NCBI GenBank assembly: GCA_038207335.1
Contig: JBBQZX010000002.1
Coordinates: forward strand, 1 to 64,000
Direction of reading: 5' to 3'
Length of the DNA: 64,000 bases
Origin: Chthoniobacterales bacterium
GTDB lineage: Bacteria > Verrucomicrobiota > Verrucomicrobiia > Chthoniobacterales > Chthoniobacteraceae
Positions 27,667-36,367 of this stretch are shown piece by piece. Position 1 is the stretch's first letter, and every line of letters starts with the position of its first letter. The notes under the pieces are model-generated. The model saw only the letters and a program-made list of their open reading frames with translations, searched no databases and had not been told where the DNA came from. The translations under genes were made by a program, and so were the position numbers.

Positions 27667-27796
27667 GAAAGCGAATCGCGCGAGCCTGCTCTCGCGCGTC
27701 CCCGAGCGGAGACAAATGCACGTGCCGTTTGCCTCAACTCAAAAAAAATTTGAGCGCATCGCAGCCTTCGCTGTCTGAGACTGCCCCGCATTTTTA

Positions 27797-28942
27797 ATGA
27801 CCCTGAGTTGCCTGAAAGTTCGCGTCCTGCTCCCCGCACTTCTCGCGGTGAGCCTCGTTCCGAGTGCGCTGGCGGATAGCTCCCCGTCCAGCGAACCTAG
27901 TGTCCTGGCGGTGAAAAAGGCGTTGCCCGCGGTCGTCAATATCAACACCGAGCGCATCGTGCAGCGGAGCGTTCGCGACCCCTACGAAGAGTTTCTCAAC
28001 AACTACTTCGGCGGCGCCGCCCGGCCGGCGCGCACGCTCCGGCAAAAAGTGCAAAGTCTCGGCTCCGGATTCATCGTCGATCCCGCGGGTTACATCGTGA
28101 CTAATGAACACGTCGTCGAGCGCGCAGCAGACCTGAAAATTTCTGTCACCACTCCCGACGGCAAGACCTACGACGCCAAATACATCACCGGCGCGCCCGA
28201 TTCGGACCTCGCTTTTATCAAGATCGAAAGCAAGACGCCGCTGCCATTCATCAGCCCCACGGATCTGTCGCCAAATCTTTTGGGCCAGACCGTGCTAGTC
28301 CTCGGCAACCCTCTCGGCTATGGCAGTTCCGTCTCGCGCGGCATCCTGAGCGCGAAAGGCCGCTCCATTTCCGTGCAGAACGTCGAATACAAAGACCTCT
28401 TGCAGACCGACGCAGCGATCAATCCTGGGAACAGCGGCGGCCCGCTCGTCGATCTCGATGGCAAACTTGTCGGCATCAGTTCCGTCAAAATGGCCTTCAC
28501 GCCACAAGGCGTGCCGACACAAGGACTGGGCTTTGCGATCTCCGGCGACGTCGTGAAAGCAAAGGTCGCCGAGTTCAAGAAGATCGCCGCGAACAAAGGC
28601 GCGGAAAAGCCTGCAGGCGCGGAGCCATTGGCGCGAAAATACTTTGGCCTGCAGCTACAAGACCTCACTCCCGAGTTGCGCGAGACATTGGGCGAAGGTG
28701 AGACACCGGGCGTCCTCGTCGCCGATGTCGATCCCAAAAGTCCCGCCGAGCGCGCGGGGCTCAAGCGCGGGCTTGTCATTCATCAAGTCGGTCGGTACGA
28801 AGTCACGTCCTTCAAGCAGGTGGAAGACCTGTTGGAGCAAGCCAGCTCGGGCTCCGTGGTGGACTTCACCGTCGGCGTCGTGCGCCGCGTGCGCGGGCAA
28901 AATTTACTCCAGCTCCAGCCCATTCCCCTCACCGCCCGATAG
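27797..28942 (+). CDS. HtrA/DegP-family serine protease with one PDZ domain
   Basis: GSGFI, TNEHVV, DLAFIK, QTDAAINPGNSGGP, PDZ C-terminus. Confidence 0.95.
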   Translation: MTLSCLKVRVLLPALLAVSLVPSALADSSPSSEPSVLAVKKALPAVVNINTERIVQRSVRDPYEEFLNNYFGGAARPARTLRQKVQSLGSGFIVDPAGYIVTNEHVVERAADLKISVTTPDGKTYDAKYITGAPDSDLAFIKIESKTPLPFISPTDLSPNLLGQTVLVLGNPLGYGSSVSRGILSAKGRSISVQNVEYKDLLQTDAAINPGNSGGPLVDLDGKLVGISSVKMAFTPQGVPTQGLGFAISGDVVKAKVAEFKKIAANKGAEKPAGAEPLARKYFGLQLQDLTPELRETLGEGETPGVLVADVDPKSPAERAGLKRGLVIHQVGRYEVTSFKQVEDLLEQASSGSVVDFTVGVVRRVRGQNLLQLQPIPLTAR

Positions 28943-28957
28943 CTCACCCACACTCCC

Positions 28958-29890
28958 ATGATCAAAGTCGAAAACCTGACCAAGCGATACTCCGGGGTCA
29001 CAGCCATCAACAACCTCAACTTCGAGGTCGAGAAAGGTGAGATCGTCGGCTTTCTCGGGCCGAATGGTGCTGGCAAAAGCACGACGATGAAGATTCTCAC
29101 GAGCTATCTTCCCGCCACTTCCGGCAAGGCCACGATCGCCGGCTTCGATGTCTTCGAGCAATCGCTCGAAGCCCGGCGCCACATCGGATACCTCCCGGAA
29201 AACACGCCGCTCTACCACGACATGCGCGTCGATGAGTATCTGAGGTATCGCGCCGCGCTCAAAGGCGTCGCGCGCGGCAAGATGAAGGAGCGCGTCGGCG
29301 ATGTGCTCGAGCTTTGCACGCTGCGACAAGTCGAGCGGAAGCTCATCGGCGCGTTGTCGAAGGGATACCGGCAGCGAGTCGGTCTTGCGGACGCCCTCGT
29401 GAGCGACCCGGACTTGCTCATTCTCGATGAGCCGACAATCGGTCTCGACCCAAATCAAATCCGGCAAGTGCGCGAACTCATCAAGAACCTCGCACACAAA
29501 CGCACCGTGCTGATTTCGACTCACATCCTGCCCGAGGTGGAGATCATGTGCTCCCGCGTCATCGTCATTCACAAAGGCCAAATCCGCGCCTCCGACACCG
29601 CGGAAAATCTCCTGCGAGCCCACCGCACTGCGGGCGCGATGCGGATGGAAGCCAAGGTAAAATCCGACGATGCGAAACAACTCCTCACTCAGATTTCTGG
29701 AGTGAAAGATGTGACCGAGGAGAAAGTGGGCGACTACAGCACCTTCAACCTCCGGCTTGAAGCCAACGCAGACCCGAGCGAAGACGTCATGCGTCTCGTC
29801 ACCGCCCGCAACTGGGGCCTTAGAGAGCTCACCCGCCGCCGCGCGACACTCGAAGACGTCTTCGTCGATCTCACCCACTCCGATAGCTGA
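28958..29890 (+). CDS. GldA-like ABC ATP-binding protein
   Basis: GPNGAGKST, LSKGYRQRVGLA, DEPTIGLDPNQI. Confidence 0.92.
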   Translation: MIKVENLTKRYSGVTAINNLNFEVEKGEIVGFLGPNGAGKSTTMKILTSYLPATSGKATIAGFDVFEQSLEARRHIGYLPENTPLYHDMRVDEYLRYRAALKGVARGKMKERVGDVLELCTLRQVERKLIGALSKGYRQRVGLADALVSDPDLLILDEPTIGLDPNQIRQVRELIKNLAHKRTVLISTHILPEVEIMCSRVIVIHKGQIRASDTAENLLRAHRTAGAMRMEAKVKSDDAKQLLTQISGVKDVTEEKVGDYSTFNLRLEANADPSEDVMRLVTARNWGLRELTRRRATLEDVFVDLTHSDS

Positions 29891-29904
29891 ACCTTTTCCA
29901 TCCA

Positions 29905-30660
29905 ATGAGAACCTTTCTGACACTCCTCGGACGCGAACTGAAGTCTTACTTCTACTCGCCCATCGCTTACGTCGTCATCTTCTTCTTCCTCATCGCGACC
30001 GGATTCAATTTCTACTCCGGCGTGATGTTCTTGAACCGCAGCGAAGCGGAAGTCACCGTCGTCGAGGCGGCGTTCAATACCGTTCTGTTCTGGTTCCCAT
30101 TCATCCTCATATTTCCGCTCATCACGATGCGGACCTACTCCGATGAGTTTCGCATGGGCACCTTTGAAATCGTCACCACTGCCCCTGTGCAGGATTGGCA
30201 GGTGGTGCTCGCAAAGTTCTTCGGCGCGTTCATCTTCTACTGCATCCTCTGGGCGCCGAGTGCCACCTACTTCGCCGCGTTTCAGTTCATCACCGGCAAG
30301 CAGGCCGCCATCGCGGCGGGAGCATACGGCGGGAGCTATCTCCTCCTCGCGCTGCTAGGCATGTTTTATATCTCAATCGGCTGCCTCGCATCCTCTCTCA
30401 CGACCGAGCAAATCAACGCGGCGGTGATGACTTTCGTCGCCATCTTCGGCGTCTTCATCGGCGGATTGGTCACCTTCATTTTCAATGTCACGAACCCGAT
30501 GCTGCGCGACATGATCAGCTACGTCTCGGCGATCGAGCACATGGCCGATTTCTCCCGAGGGCTCGTCGATTCAAGACCCATCGTCTGGTATCTCTCGATG
30601 ACTGCCCTCCTGCTCTTCATCAACTTTCAAGTCTTCCAGTATCGAAAGTGGAAAGCCTGA
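29905..30660 (+). CDS. GldF-like ABC-2 permease
   Basis: RELKSYFYSPIAY, PLITMR..SDE...GT; six TM segments. Confidence 0.88.
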   Translation: MRTFLTLLGRELKSYFYSPIAYVVIFFFLIATGFNFYSGVMFLNRSEAEVTVVEAAFNTVLFWFPFILIFPLITMRTYSDEFRMGTFEIVTTAPVQDWQVVLAKFFGAFIFYCILWAPSATYFAAFQFITGKQAAIAAGAYGGSYLLLALLGMFYISIGCLASSLTTEQINAAVMTFVAIFGVFIGGLVTFIFNVTNPMLRDMISYVSAIEHMADFSRGLVDSRPIVWYLSMTALLLFINFQVFQYRKWKA

Positions 30661-30690
30661 TCCCGTCTCACTGACTCAACTTTTCCTATC

Positions 30691-32223
30691 ATGGCTCAAG
30701 AGACTTCCGCAACGAAACCGGCAAAGACTGTTCGCATCAAACGCATTCAGATCGGTCTAAACGTCGTCGTCCAAATCTTCATCGTGGTGTGCATCATCCT
30801 GATGATCAATTTCATCGCGTTCCGTCAATACAAGCGGTGGGATTTTTCCCGCAACCAAAAGTATGCGCTAAGCCCGATGACCACGAACCTTTTGGCGAAC
30901 CTCCAAAAGCCCGTAAAGGCGGTCGTGTTTTTCAGTCCTAATGTGCCGATCGCGGGCGACGTGAGCCAGTTGCTCCGGGAATACGAGTATTCCTCAAAGA
31001 AGAAGTTCGAGGTCGAATTTGTCGATCCTTACAACAACATTCTGCGGGCAAAGGAACTCGCGTCTAAGTACAAATTCGGCGCCAACGACAACATCGTCAT
31101 CCTCGACTACAACGGCCGCACGAAGTTTGTGAACGCGCAGGACATGGCGGTGTTCGATCAACTCGATCAGATCGCAATGATGTCAGGCCAGCAGCCGCGG
31201 CTGAAAGCTTTCAAAGGAGAGCAAGTCATCACTGCCGCGCTGCTTGAGATCATCGAGGACAAGCAGAACAAGGTTTATTTGCTCTCAGGGCACGGCGAAC
31301 CGGAATTGAATTCGCCGAATGTCGCGACTTTCAAGGCTTACTCGGAGCGGCAAAACATCAAGCTCGACACCCTCAAGCTCAATGATGTGGAGAAGGTGCC
31401 GGATGACGCGACGGCGCTCATGTTATTCGGCCCTCGCGCAGATTTCTCGGACCGCGAGATGAAGTTGCTCGGAGACTTCTGGATCAAGAACGGGCGTCTA
31501 TTCATCCTGCTCGATCCCGAAGGCCGCACACCTCGCCTCGACGCATTCCTTCTTGCGAACGGAGTAGCTCCCACCCATGACCGCGTGCTGCGAACCGGCA
31601 CTGGAATCGGAATGGGCGACAACCAGCAGATCGGCTTGAAAACGATCGTGGTGAGTTCGCCGACGGGAGTGATCGCCGAGCAAAGCCGCGCGATCACCAA
31701 AGACCTCGCGGGAATCGATACCAGCCTTCTCGGGCCGACGGAGTCGCTCCAGATCGATCAAAAGCTGGCCAAGGCGGCGCACTTGCAGATCACGCCGTTG
31801 ATCCTTTCGTCGAAAGAGTTCTGGGGCGAAACCGAGTACACGGGCGGCAAAGAGATTCCTTTCTTCGATCCGAAGAAGGATCATCAGGGCCCGCTGACGG
31901 TCGCCGCAGCAGTTGAAAAAGGCGCGCTCGACGATGCTCGAGTGAAGGTGGACACCCAGCGGATGCTCGTGGTGGGCAATGCGGGGTGGCTCACGGACGA
32001 AGGGTTGCGCATCGCGGAAGTCGGAGTGGATTTTGCGATGGGGAATCTTAACTGGCTCTTGAATCGCGAGCAACTGATCGCCATTCCTCCAAAGGCGAAG
32101 CAGCCGGTGCACCTCGACCTCGATGAAAACAAGCTCACTAAGCTCGCGTTGACTGTCATTCTCATCATTCCGGGCTTGGTGCTGCCAATCGGAATCGGCG
32201 TCTGGCTCATGCGCCGCTCGTAG
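30691..32223 (+). CDS. GldG-like ABC auxiliary protein
   Basis: RWDFS..KYALS, VYLLSGHGE, GPRADFS, NLNWL; N- and C-terminal TM anchors. Confidence 0.85.
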   Translation: MAQETSATKPAKTVRIKRIQIGLNVVVQIFIVVCIILMINFIAFRQYKRWDFSRNQKYALSPMTTNLLANLQKPVKAVVFFSPNVPIAGDVSQLLREYEYSSKKKFEVEFVDPYNNILRAKELASKYKFGANDNIVILDYNGRTKFVNAQDMAVFDQLDQIAMMSGQQPRLKAFKGEQVITAALLEIIEDKQNKVYLLSGHGEPELNSPNVATFKAYSERQNIKLDTLKLNDVEKVPDDATALMLFGPRADFSDREMKLLGDFWIKNGRLFILLDPEGRTPRLDAFLLANGVAPTHDRVLRTGTGIGMGDNQQIGLKTIVVSSPTGVIAEQSRAITKDLAGIDTSLLGPTESLQIDQKLAKAAHLQITPLILSSKEFWGETEYTGGKEIPFFDPKKDHQGPLTVAAAVEKGALDDARVKVDTQRMLVVGNAGWLTDEGLRIAEVGVDFAMGNLNWLLNREQLIAIPPKAKQPVHLDLDENKLTKLALTVILIIPGLVLPIGIGVWLMRRS

Positions 32224-32243
32224 CTCTCACCTTTCAAACACCT

Positions 32244-34190
32244 ATGAAGTTTCGCACGACATTTTTGTTGTTCATCGTAATGGCGGGCATCTTTGCCTAT
32301 GTCTTTTTTGTAGAAAACAAGCGGCCGAACGTCGCGGAAGCCAAGGAGCGGGGCGAGCGCGTGGCGCAAATCGACCGCGACAAGGTCAACAAGATCGTCA
32401 TCAAGAACAGCGAAGCGAAGATCGAACTGGAGCGGAAGGAGGGTTCATGGTTTCTGAATGAGCCAATCAAAGACCGCGCCGATAGCACGGTCATCAATCA
32501 GCTATTCACCACTGCCGAATCTTTAAAACACGACGCGGTGATCGGTGACGACGGGAAAGGTGTCAGCAAGGATAAGTTGAAAGAGTTCGGGCTCACGAAC
32601 TCCGACACGAAGCTGACGCTCTCGGGCGATGAGAAGCCGGTTGAGCTGACGATCGGCAAGGACTCCGCGGTGGAGGGGAAAGTGTATGCGAAGCTGGAAA
32701 GCTCGGGCGCGGTGTATGTCATCTCAAATGAGTTAAAGAATCAGCTCTCCAAGAAGCCTGATGACTTTCGCGATCATCGGCTAACTGAAGTCAATGTGGC
32801 GCAGGTGAAGAAGGCGACTTTCAAGAGCAGTGCAGGTGAGATCGAAGTGGTGAAGAAGGATGGGCATTGGACGCTTTTGAAGCCGATGAAGGCTCGCGGA
32901 GAGGACTCGAAGATCGGAGATTTGATCTCTCAGGCCACGACAGCCCACATCGAATCATTTGTCGGAGACTCGACGAATCTCGCAGCATTCGGACTACAAG
33001 AACCACGCGGCACGGTTTCACTTTCGCTCGAAGATGCGAAGGAGCCTGTGGTGCTGCAGATCGGGGCGAACCCGAAGGACGACAAGGAGAAGGACAAGAC
33101 CTATGCGAAGCTTTCGACGCGTGAATCGGTGGTGGAGTTGCCGAAGACGATCGAGACGCTTTTAACGGTGAAGCCGAATGATCTCCGGGATAAGAATCTC
33201 GTGCGCGTGGAGTCGGACATCGTGGATCGGATCACGATCGAGCCCGCGGGTGGGACTAAGATCGTGTTGGCGCGGAAAGGGGAGGATTGGGTGCGGAAAG
33301 GAGAGAAGGACACCGCGGCGAATGGCGCGCTCGCAGCGGGTTTGCTCTCGACTTTGAAGACGCAGCAAGTCGTGGAATTCGTGGCGGATATTGGGACGGA
33401 CTTGCCAAAGTATGGGCTCGATCAGCCGCAGGTGAAGCTGACGCTGAGTTCTTTTGCCTCGGAAAATACCGCCGAAGAAAAGGCCGGGGAGAAGCCGATC
33501 GTGACGGTGCTTTTCGGGAAGGAAGAGGGCGGGAGTGTTTATGCGAAGCTCGACGATGAGCCTTTCATCGTGAAGGTGGATCGCGCCATTTTGGAAGCCA
33601 TCCCGACGAATGCGATTCGGTGGCAAAGCCTTGAGATTTTCAAAGTAAAGCCGGAGGAAGTCACTTCGATCGAGGTAACGAAGAGCGGGCAGGCGCCGGT
33701 CGCGCTGGAGCGTGAGAAGGATGTGTGGAAGCTGGCGAAAGGCGACGGGGCTGTGAATCAGACGAATGCGAAGTCCCTCGTGAATACGCTCGCGGGGCTA
33801 CGTGCCGTGCGCTGGATTGGACCGACGAAGCCGGAAGACGGGTTCGACAAGCCGGCTTTGGTGGTGAGTTTCAAGGCGGGCGCGACGGCTGGGAAGCTGA
33901 CGCTGGGCGCGCCGTCGCCGGAAGAAATGACGCTGGCGACGGTGGAGGGAGTGGTGGGGACACTTGTGGTGAACGGACCGGATAAGAGCGCGCTCGAGCT
34001 GCCGCTTGTGGATAAGCCTGCGGTGGCTGCGCCTGCGCCAACGGCGATTCCGCCCGCGGCTCCAATGCCGGTCGCGCCCTCAGCACCCGCGCCGCCGGCA
34101 CCTGTCTCTACGCCGCCAGTTCCGGCTCCCGTGCCGGACGATGTGCCGCCGAAACCCGAAGCGCCGGCGACGGAACCGGCGAAGCCCTGA
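32244..34190 (+). CDS. DUF4340 domain protein with tandem repeats and Pro-rich tail
   Basis: Repeated L..FGL..P / YGLDQP units; follows gldG-like gene. Confidence 0.85.
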   Translation: MKFRTTFLLFIVMAGIFAYVFFVENKRPNVAEAKERGERVAQIDRDKVNKIVIKNSEAKIELERKEGSWFLNEPIKDRADSTVINQLFTTAESLKHDAVIGDDGKGVSKDKLKEFGLTNSDTKLTLSGDEKPVELTIGKDSAVEGKVYAKLESSGAVYVISNELKNQLSKKPDDFRDHRLTEVNVAQVKKATFKSSAGEIEVVKKDGHWTLLKPMKARGEDSKIGDLISQATTAHIESFVGDSTNLAAFGLQEPRGTVSLSLEDAKEPVVLQIGANPKDDKEKDKTYAKLSTRESVVELPKTIETLLTVKPNDLRDKNLVRVESDIVDRITIEPAGGTKIVLARKGEDWVRKGEKDTAANGALAAGLLSTLKTQQVVEFVADIGTDLPKYGLDQPQVKLTLSSFASENTAEEKAGEKPIVTVLFGKEEGGSVYAKLDDEPFIVKVDRAILEAIPTNAIRWQSLEIFKVKPEEVTSIEVTKSGQAPVALEREKDVWKLAKGDGAVNQTNAKSLVNTLAGLRAVRWIGPTKPEDGFDKPALVVSFKAGATAGKLTLGAPSPEEMTLATVEGVVGTLVVNGPDKSALELPLVDKPAVAAPAPTAIPPAAPMPVAPSAPAPPAPVSTPPVPAPVPDDVPPKPEAPATEPAKP

Positions 34191-34317
34191 AGGCTGGCTT
34201 GAGTCCCGGCTGTGCTTGAGGCCAGCGAGCATTTTTGATTTTTTAAGCGTCAGTGGTGCCTCGATCAGGTTGCCGCAGACGTGAGTGATCCAGCTATGAG
34301 ACGGCGACGCCAGGACG

Positions 34318-34351
34318 CAAAAACGCCCCGGTTTTTTGGACCGGGGCGCTT
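34318..34351 (-). terminator. Rho-independent terminator between convergent genes
   Basis: Hairpin CGCCCCGG...CCGGGGCG preceded by an A run on + (U tail on -). Confidence 0.75.
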
Positions 34352-34383
34352 GGGCGGGTGTTGGGTTGAGATTTTTTAGAATT

Positions 34384-34953
34384 TCAGCGGTTGCGGGAGG
34401 CCACGGCGCGCTTGGCGGCGATCGCGGCGTATGCGGCGGTCTGGCTGTGGCGATAGGCGCCGCTCTTGTCGTAGGAGTAGAGCGGGATGTAGCGGCTAGC
34501 GGACATCGTGTCGGCGGCGAGCGGGCGGCTCACATTGGTCGGATCGAGGATCCACCAGCGGCCTTCGTTTTTCCACATGACCCACGCGTGGCTGATCTTC
34601 GAGTTGGCGACCGCTTTGCCGATCACGAAGCGCACGTTTTCGTCGCCGAGCTGGTCGCAGAGCCAGAGCGCCTTCGCCTTGCAATCGCCGGCGTGCGTGG
34701 TTGCCGTTTCGCTCGGGAGCGCTGGGGTATAGGGGCTCGTGTAGGAATAGCGGAAGCCGCGACCGATGCGCATGAGCTCCTGGGCGCGCTCCATCGGGGC
34801 GGATTGGCTGGGGATGGCTTGGAGAACTTGCTTCACGGGCTGCATGTGGGCCTCGTAAGGAGTGGCGGCGGCGTGGGTGCCGAGATCGACAACGGCGAAG
34901 GCGGAGAGTTTGGCGAGGAAGAGAGCGGAGAGAGTGAGGAGCGAGAGTTTCAT
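34384..34953 (-). CDS. Secreted transglutaminase-like cysteine peptidase (BTLCP-like)
   Basis: GDCKAKA, HAWV, WILDPT (Cys-His-Asp triad); signal peptide. Confidence 0.8.
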   Translation of the reverse strand: MKLSLLTLSALFLAKLSAFAVVDLGTHAAATPYEAHMQPVKQVLQAIPSQSAPMERAQELMRIGRGFRYSYTSPYTPALPSETATTHAGDCKAKALWLCDQLGDENVRFVIGKAVANSKISHAWVMWKNEGRWWILDPTNVSRPLAADTMSASRYIPLYSYDKSGAYRHSQTAAYAAIAAKRAVASRNR

Positions 34954-34990
34954 GGATGATCAGGAAATGATAATTTCCATAATCTCCATT

Positions 34991-35006
34991 AGCTTCCACT
35001 GTGCCA
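34991..35006 (-). promoter_or_regulatory. Possible sigma54 promoter
   Basis: Minus strand TGGCAC-AGTGG-AAGCT (GG-N10-GC) about 40 nt upstream of the ATG at 34953. Confidence 0.45.
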
Positions 35007-35317
35007 TGGGCGGTGGTTTTGGTGAAAGTTGAGCTTTCGACGAGGCTTCGCGCGGCCTGTCTCGGGAGTGCAGGCGCTCTCGCTGCGAAGGGGATCGAGG
35101 ACTTTCTCAAAAGTGTGGACTTTGAGAAATCTCGCTTCTCAAATTTGCAAAATCTCGCGTAATGCGAGACGCGAACCGGGAGCTGGGGGAAAAGCGTTGA
35201 GCGCTCGGCAGCGCAGCTTCCGCGATCACGCGAGCCTCTGTCGCGGATGAATGCGCGTTTTTGTGGTTGGGGCGGAAGATTGGTTTGCAGGCGACGTTGG
35301 AATGCTCAGAGTGGGGC

Positions 35318-36367
35318 ATGTCTCCCCGACTTGCGTTTGCGGCTTTGGTTTGCGGCGTCGTGGGCTTGTGGACAGGGGCGGCGGTGCGTGGGAAGGAGCC
35401 TTTTTTGAAGGCGGGGGATGTCGTCGCGCTCGTGGGCGGGGAGGACATGGTGTCGGCGAGCGAATACGGATATCTCGAACTCCTCCTCCAGCGCGCTTTG
35501 CCCGATTTTCACCTCAAAGTCCGCAGCCTCGCGTGGGAGGGCGACACCGTCTTCGAGCAGCGGCGCGACCTGAACTACCCGACGCTCGAACAGCAACTCG
35601 ACCAGATCGGCGCGACGGTGGTCATCTGCCAGTTCGGCCAGATGGAGAGTCTCGCGGGGAAAGAGAAGCTGCCCGACTTCATCGCCGCTTATGAGGAGCT
35701 GATCACGCGGGTGAGCGGAGGAGGAAACAGGCGATTCATTTTAATCCGACCGGGCTATTTTGAAAAGGGAGAGCCGCCCTATGTTCGCCCTCCCAACCTT
35801 TATCCCGATCGAACGTTTCCAATTGCCAAGCCCAACCTCGTGCTCGACGCCTACAGGGCCGCCATCCGCACCATCGCCGAAACGCATCACTATCCCGTGG
35901 TTCTAGGTCAACTCAGTGGCGAGGAGCTGCGGGAGACCGGCTACCCAGACGCCATTGAAGGAAAAGAATGGCCGACCATGATGAATACCCGGGATGGGGT
36001 CCATAGGAATGGCAACGGTTACGTGCTCTTGCAGCAGCACCTCCAAGCCACCTTGCCGGAACTCCGACACGCCAACTCCAACCAGACCTTCATCAGTAGC
36101 GGTGAGGTGACGAAACCGCCCGAGTATGAGCCCCTCCGCCAGCTCATCATCCAAAAGAACCGCCTTTGGTATCACTACTACCGCCCCTCAAATTGGGCCT
36201 TCCTCGCCGGCGACCGCACCCACCAGCCCAGCAGCCGCGACTACCTCGACCCCACCAAACGCTGGTTCCCCGCCGAGATGGAGCAGTGGCTCCCCCTCAT
36301 CGGCGCCAAAGAAAAAGAAATCTGGGCCGCTGCCGCAGTCCTTCACCCTGAGGAGGCCGCGAAATGA
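35318..36367 (+). CDS. SGNH/GDSL-hydrolase-like secreted protein
   Basis: VALVGG, RSLAWEGD, FGQMES, DGVH; C-terminal WYHYYRP.NWAFL.GDR typical of PVC GDSL proteins. Block I serine appears absent. Confidence 0.75.
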   Translation: MSPRLAFAALVCGVVGLWTGAAVRGKEPFLKAGDVVALVGGEDMVSASEYGYLELLLQRALPDFHLKVRSLAWEGDTVFEQRRDLNYPTLEQQLDQIGATVVICQFGQMESLAGKEKLPDFIAAYEELITRVSGGGNRRFILIRPGYFEKGEPPYVRPPNLYPDRTFPIAKPNLVLDAYRAAIRTIAETHHYPVVLGQLSGEELRETGYPDAIEGKEWPTMMNTRDGVHRNGNGYVLLQQHLQATLPELRHANSNQTFISSGEVTKPPEYEPLRQLIIQKNRLWYHYYRPSNWAFLAGDRTHQPSSRDYLDPTKRWFPAEMEQWLPLIGAKEKEIWAAAAVLHPEEAAK

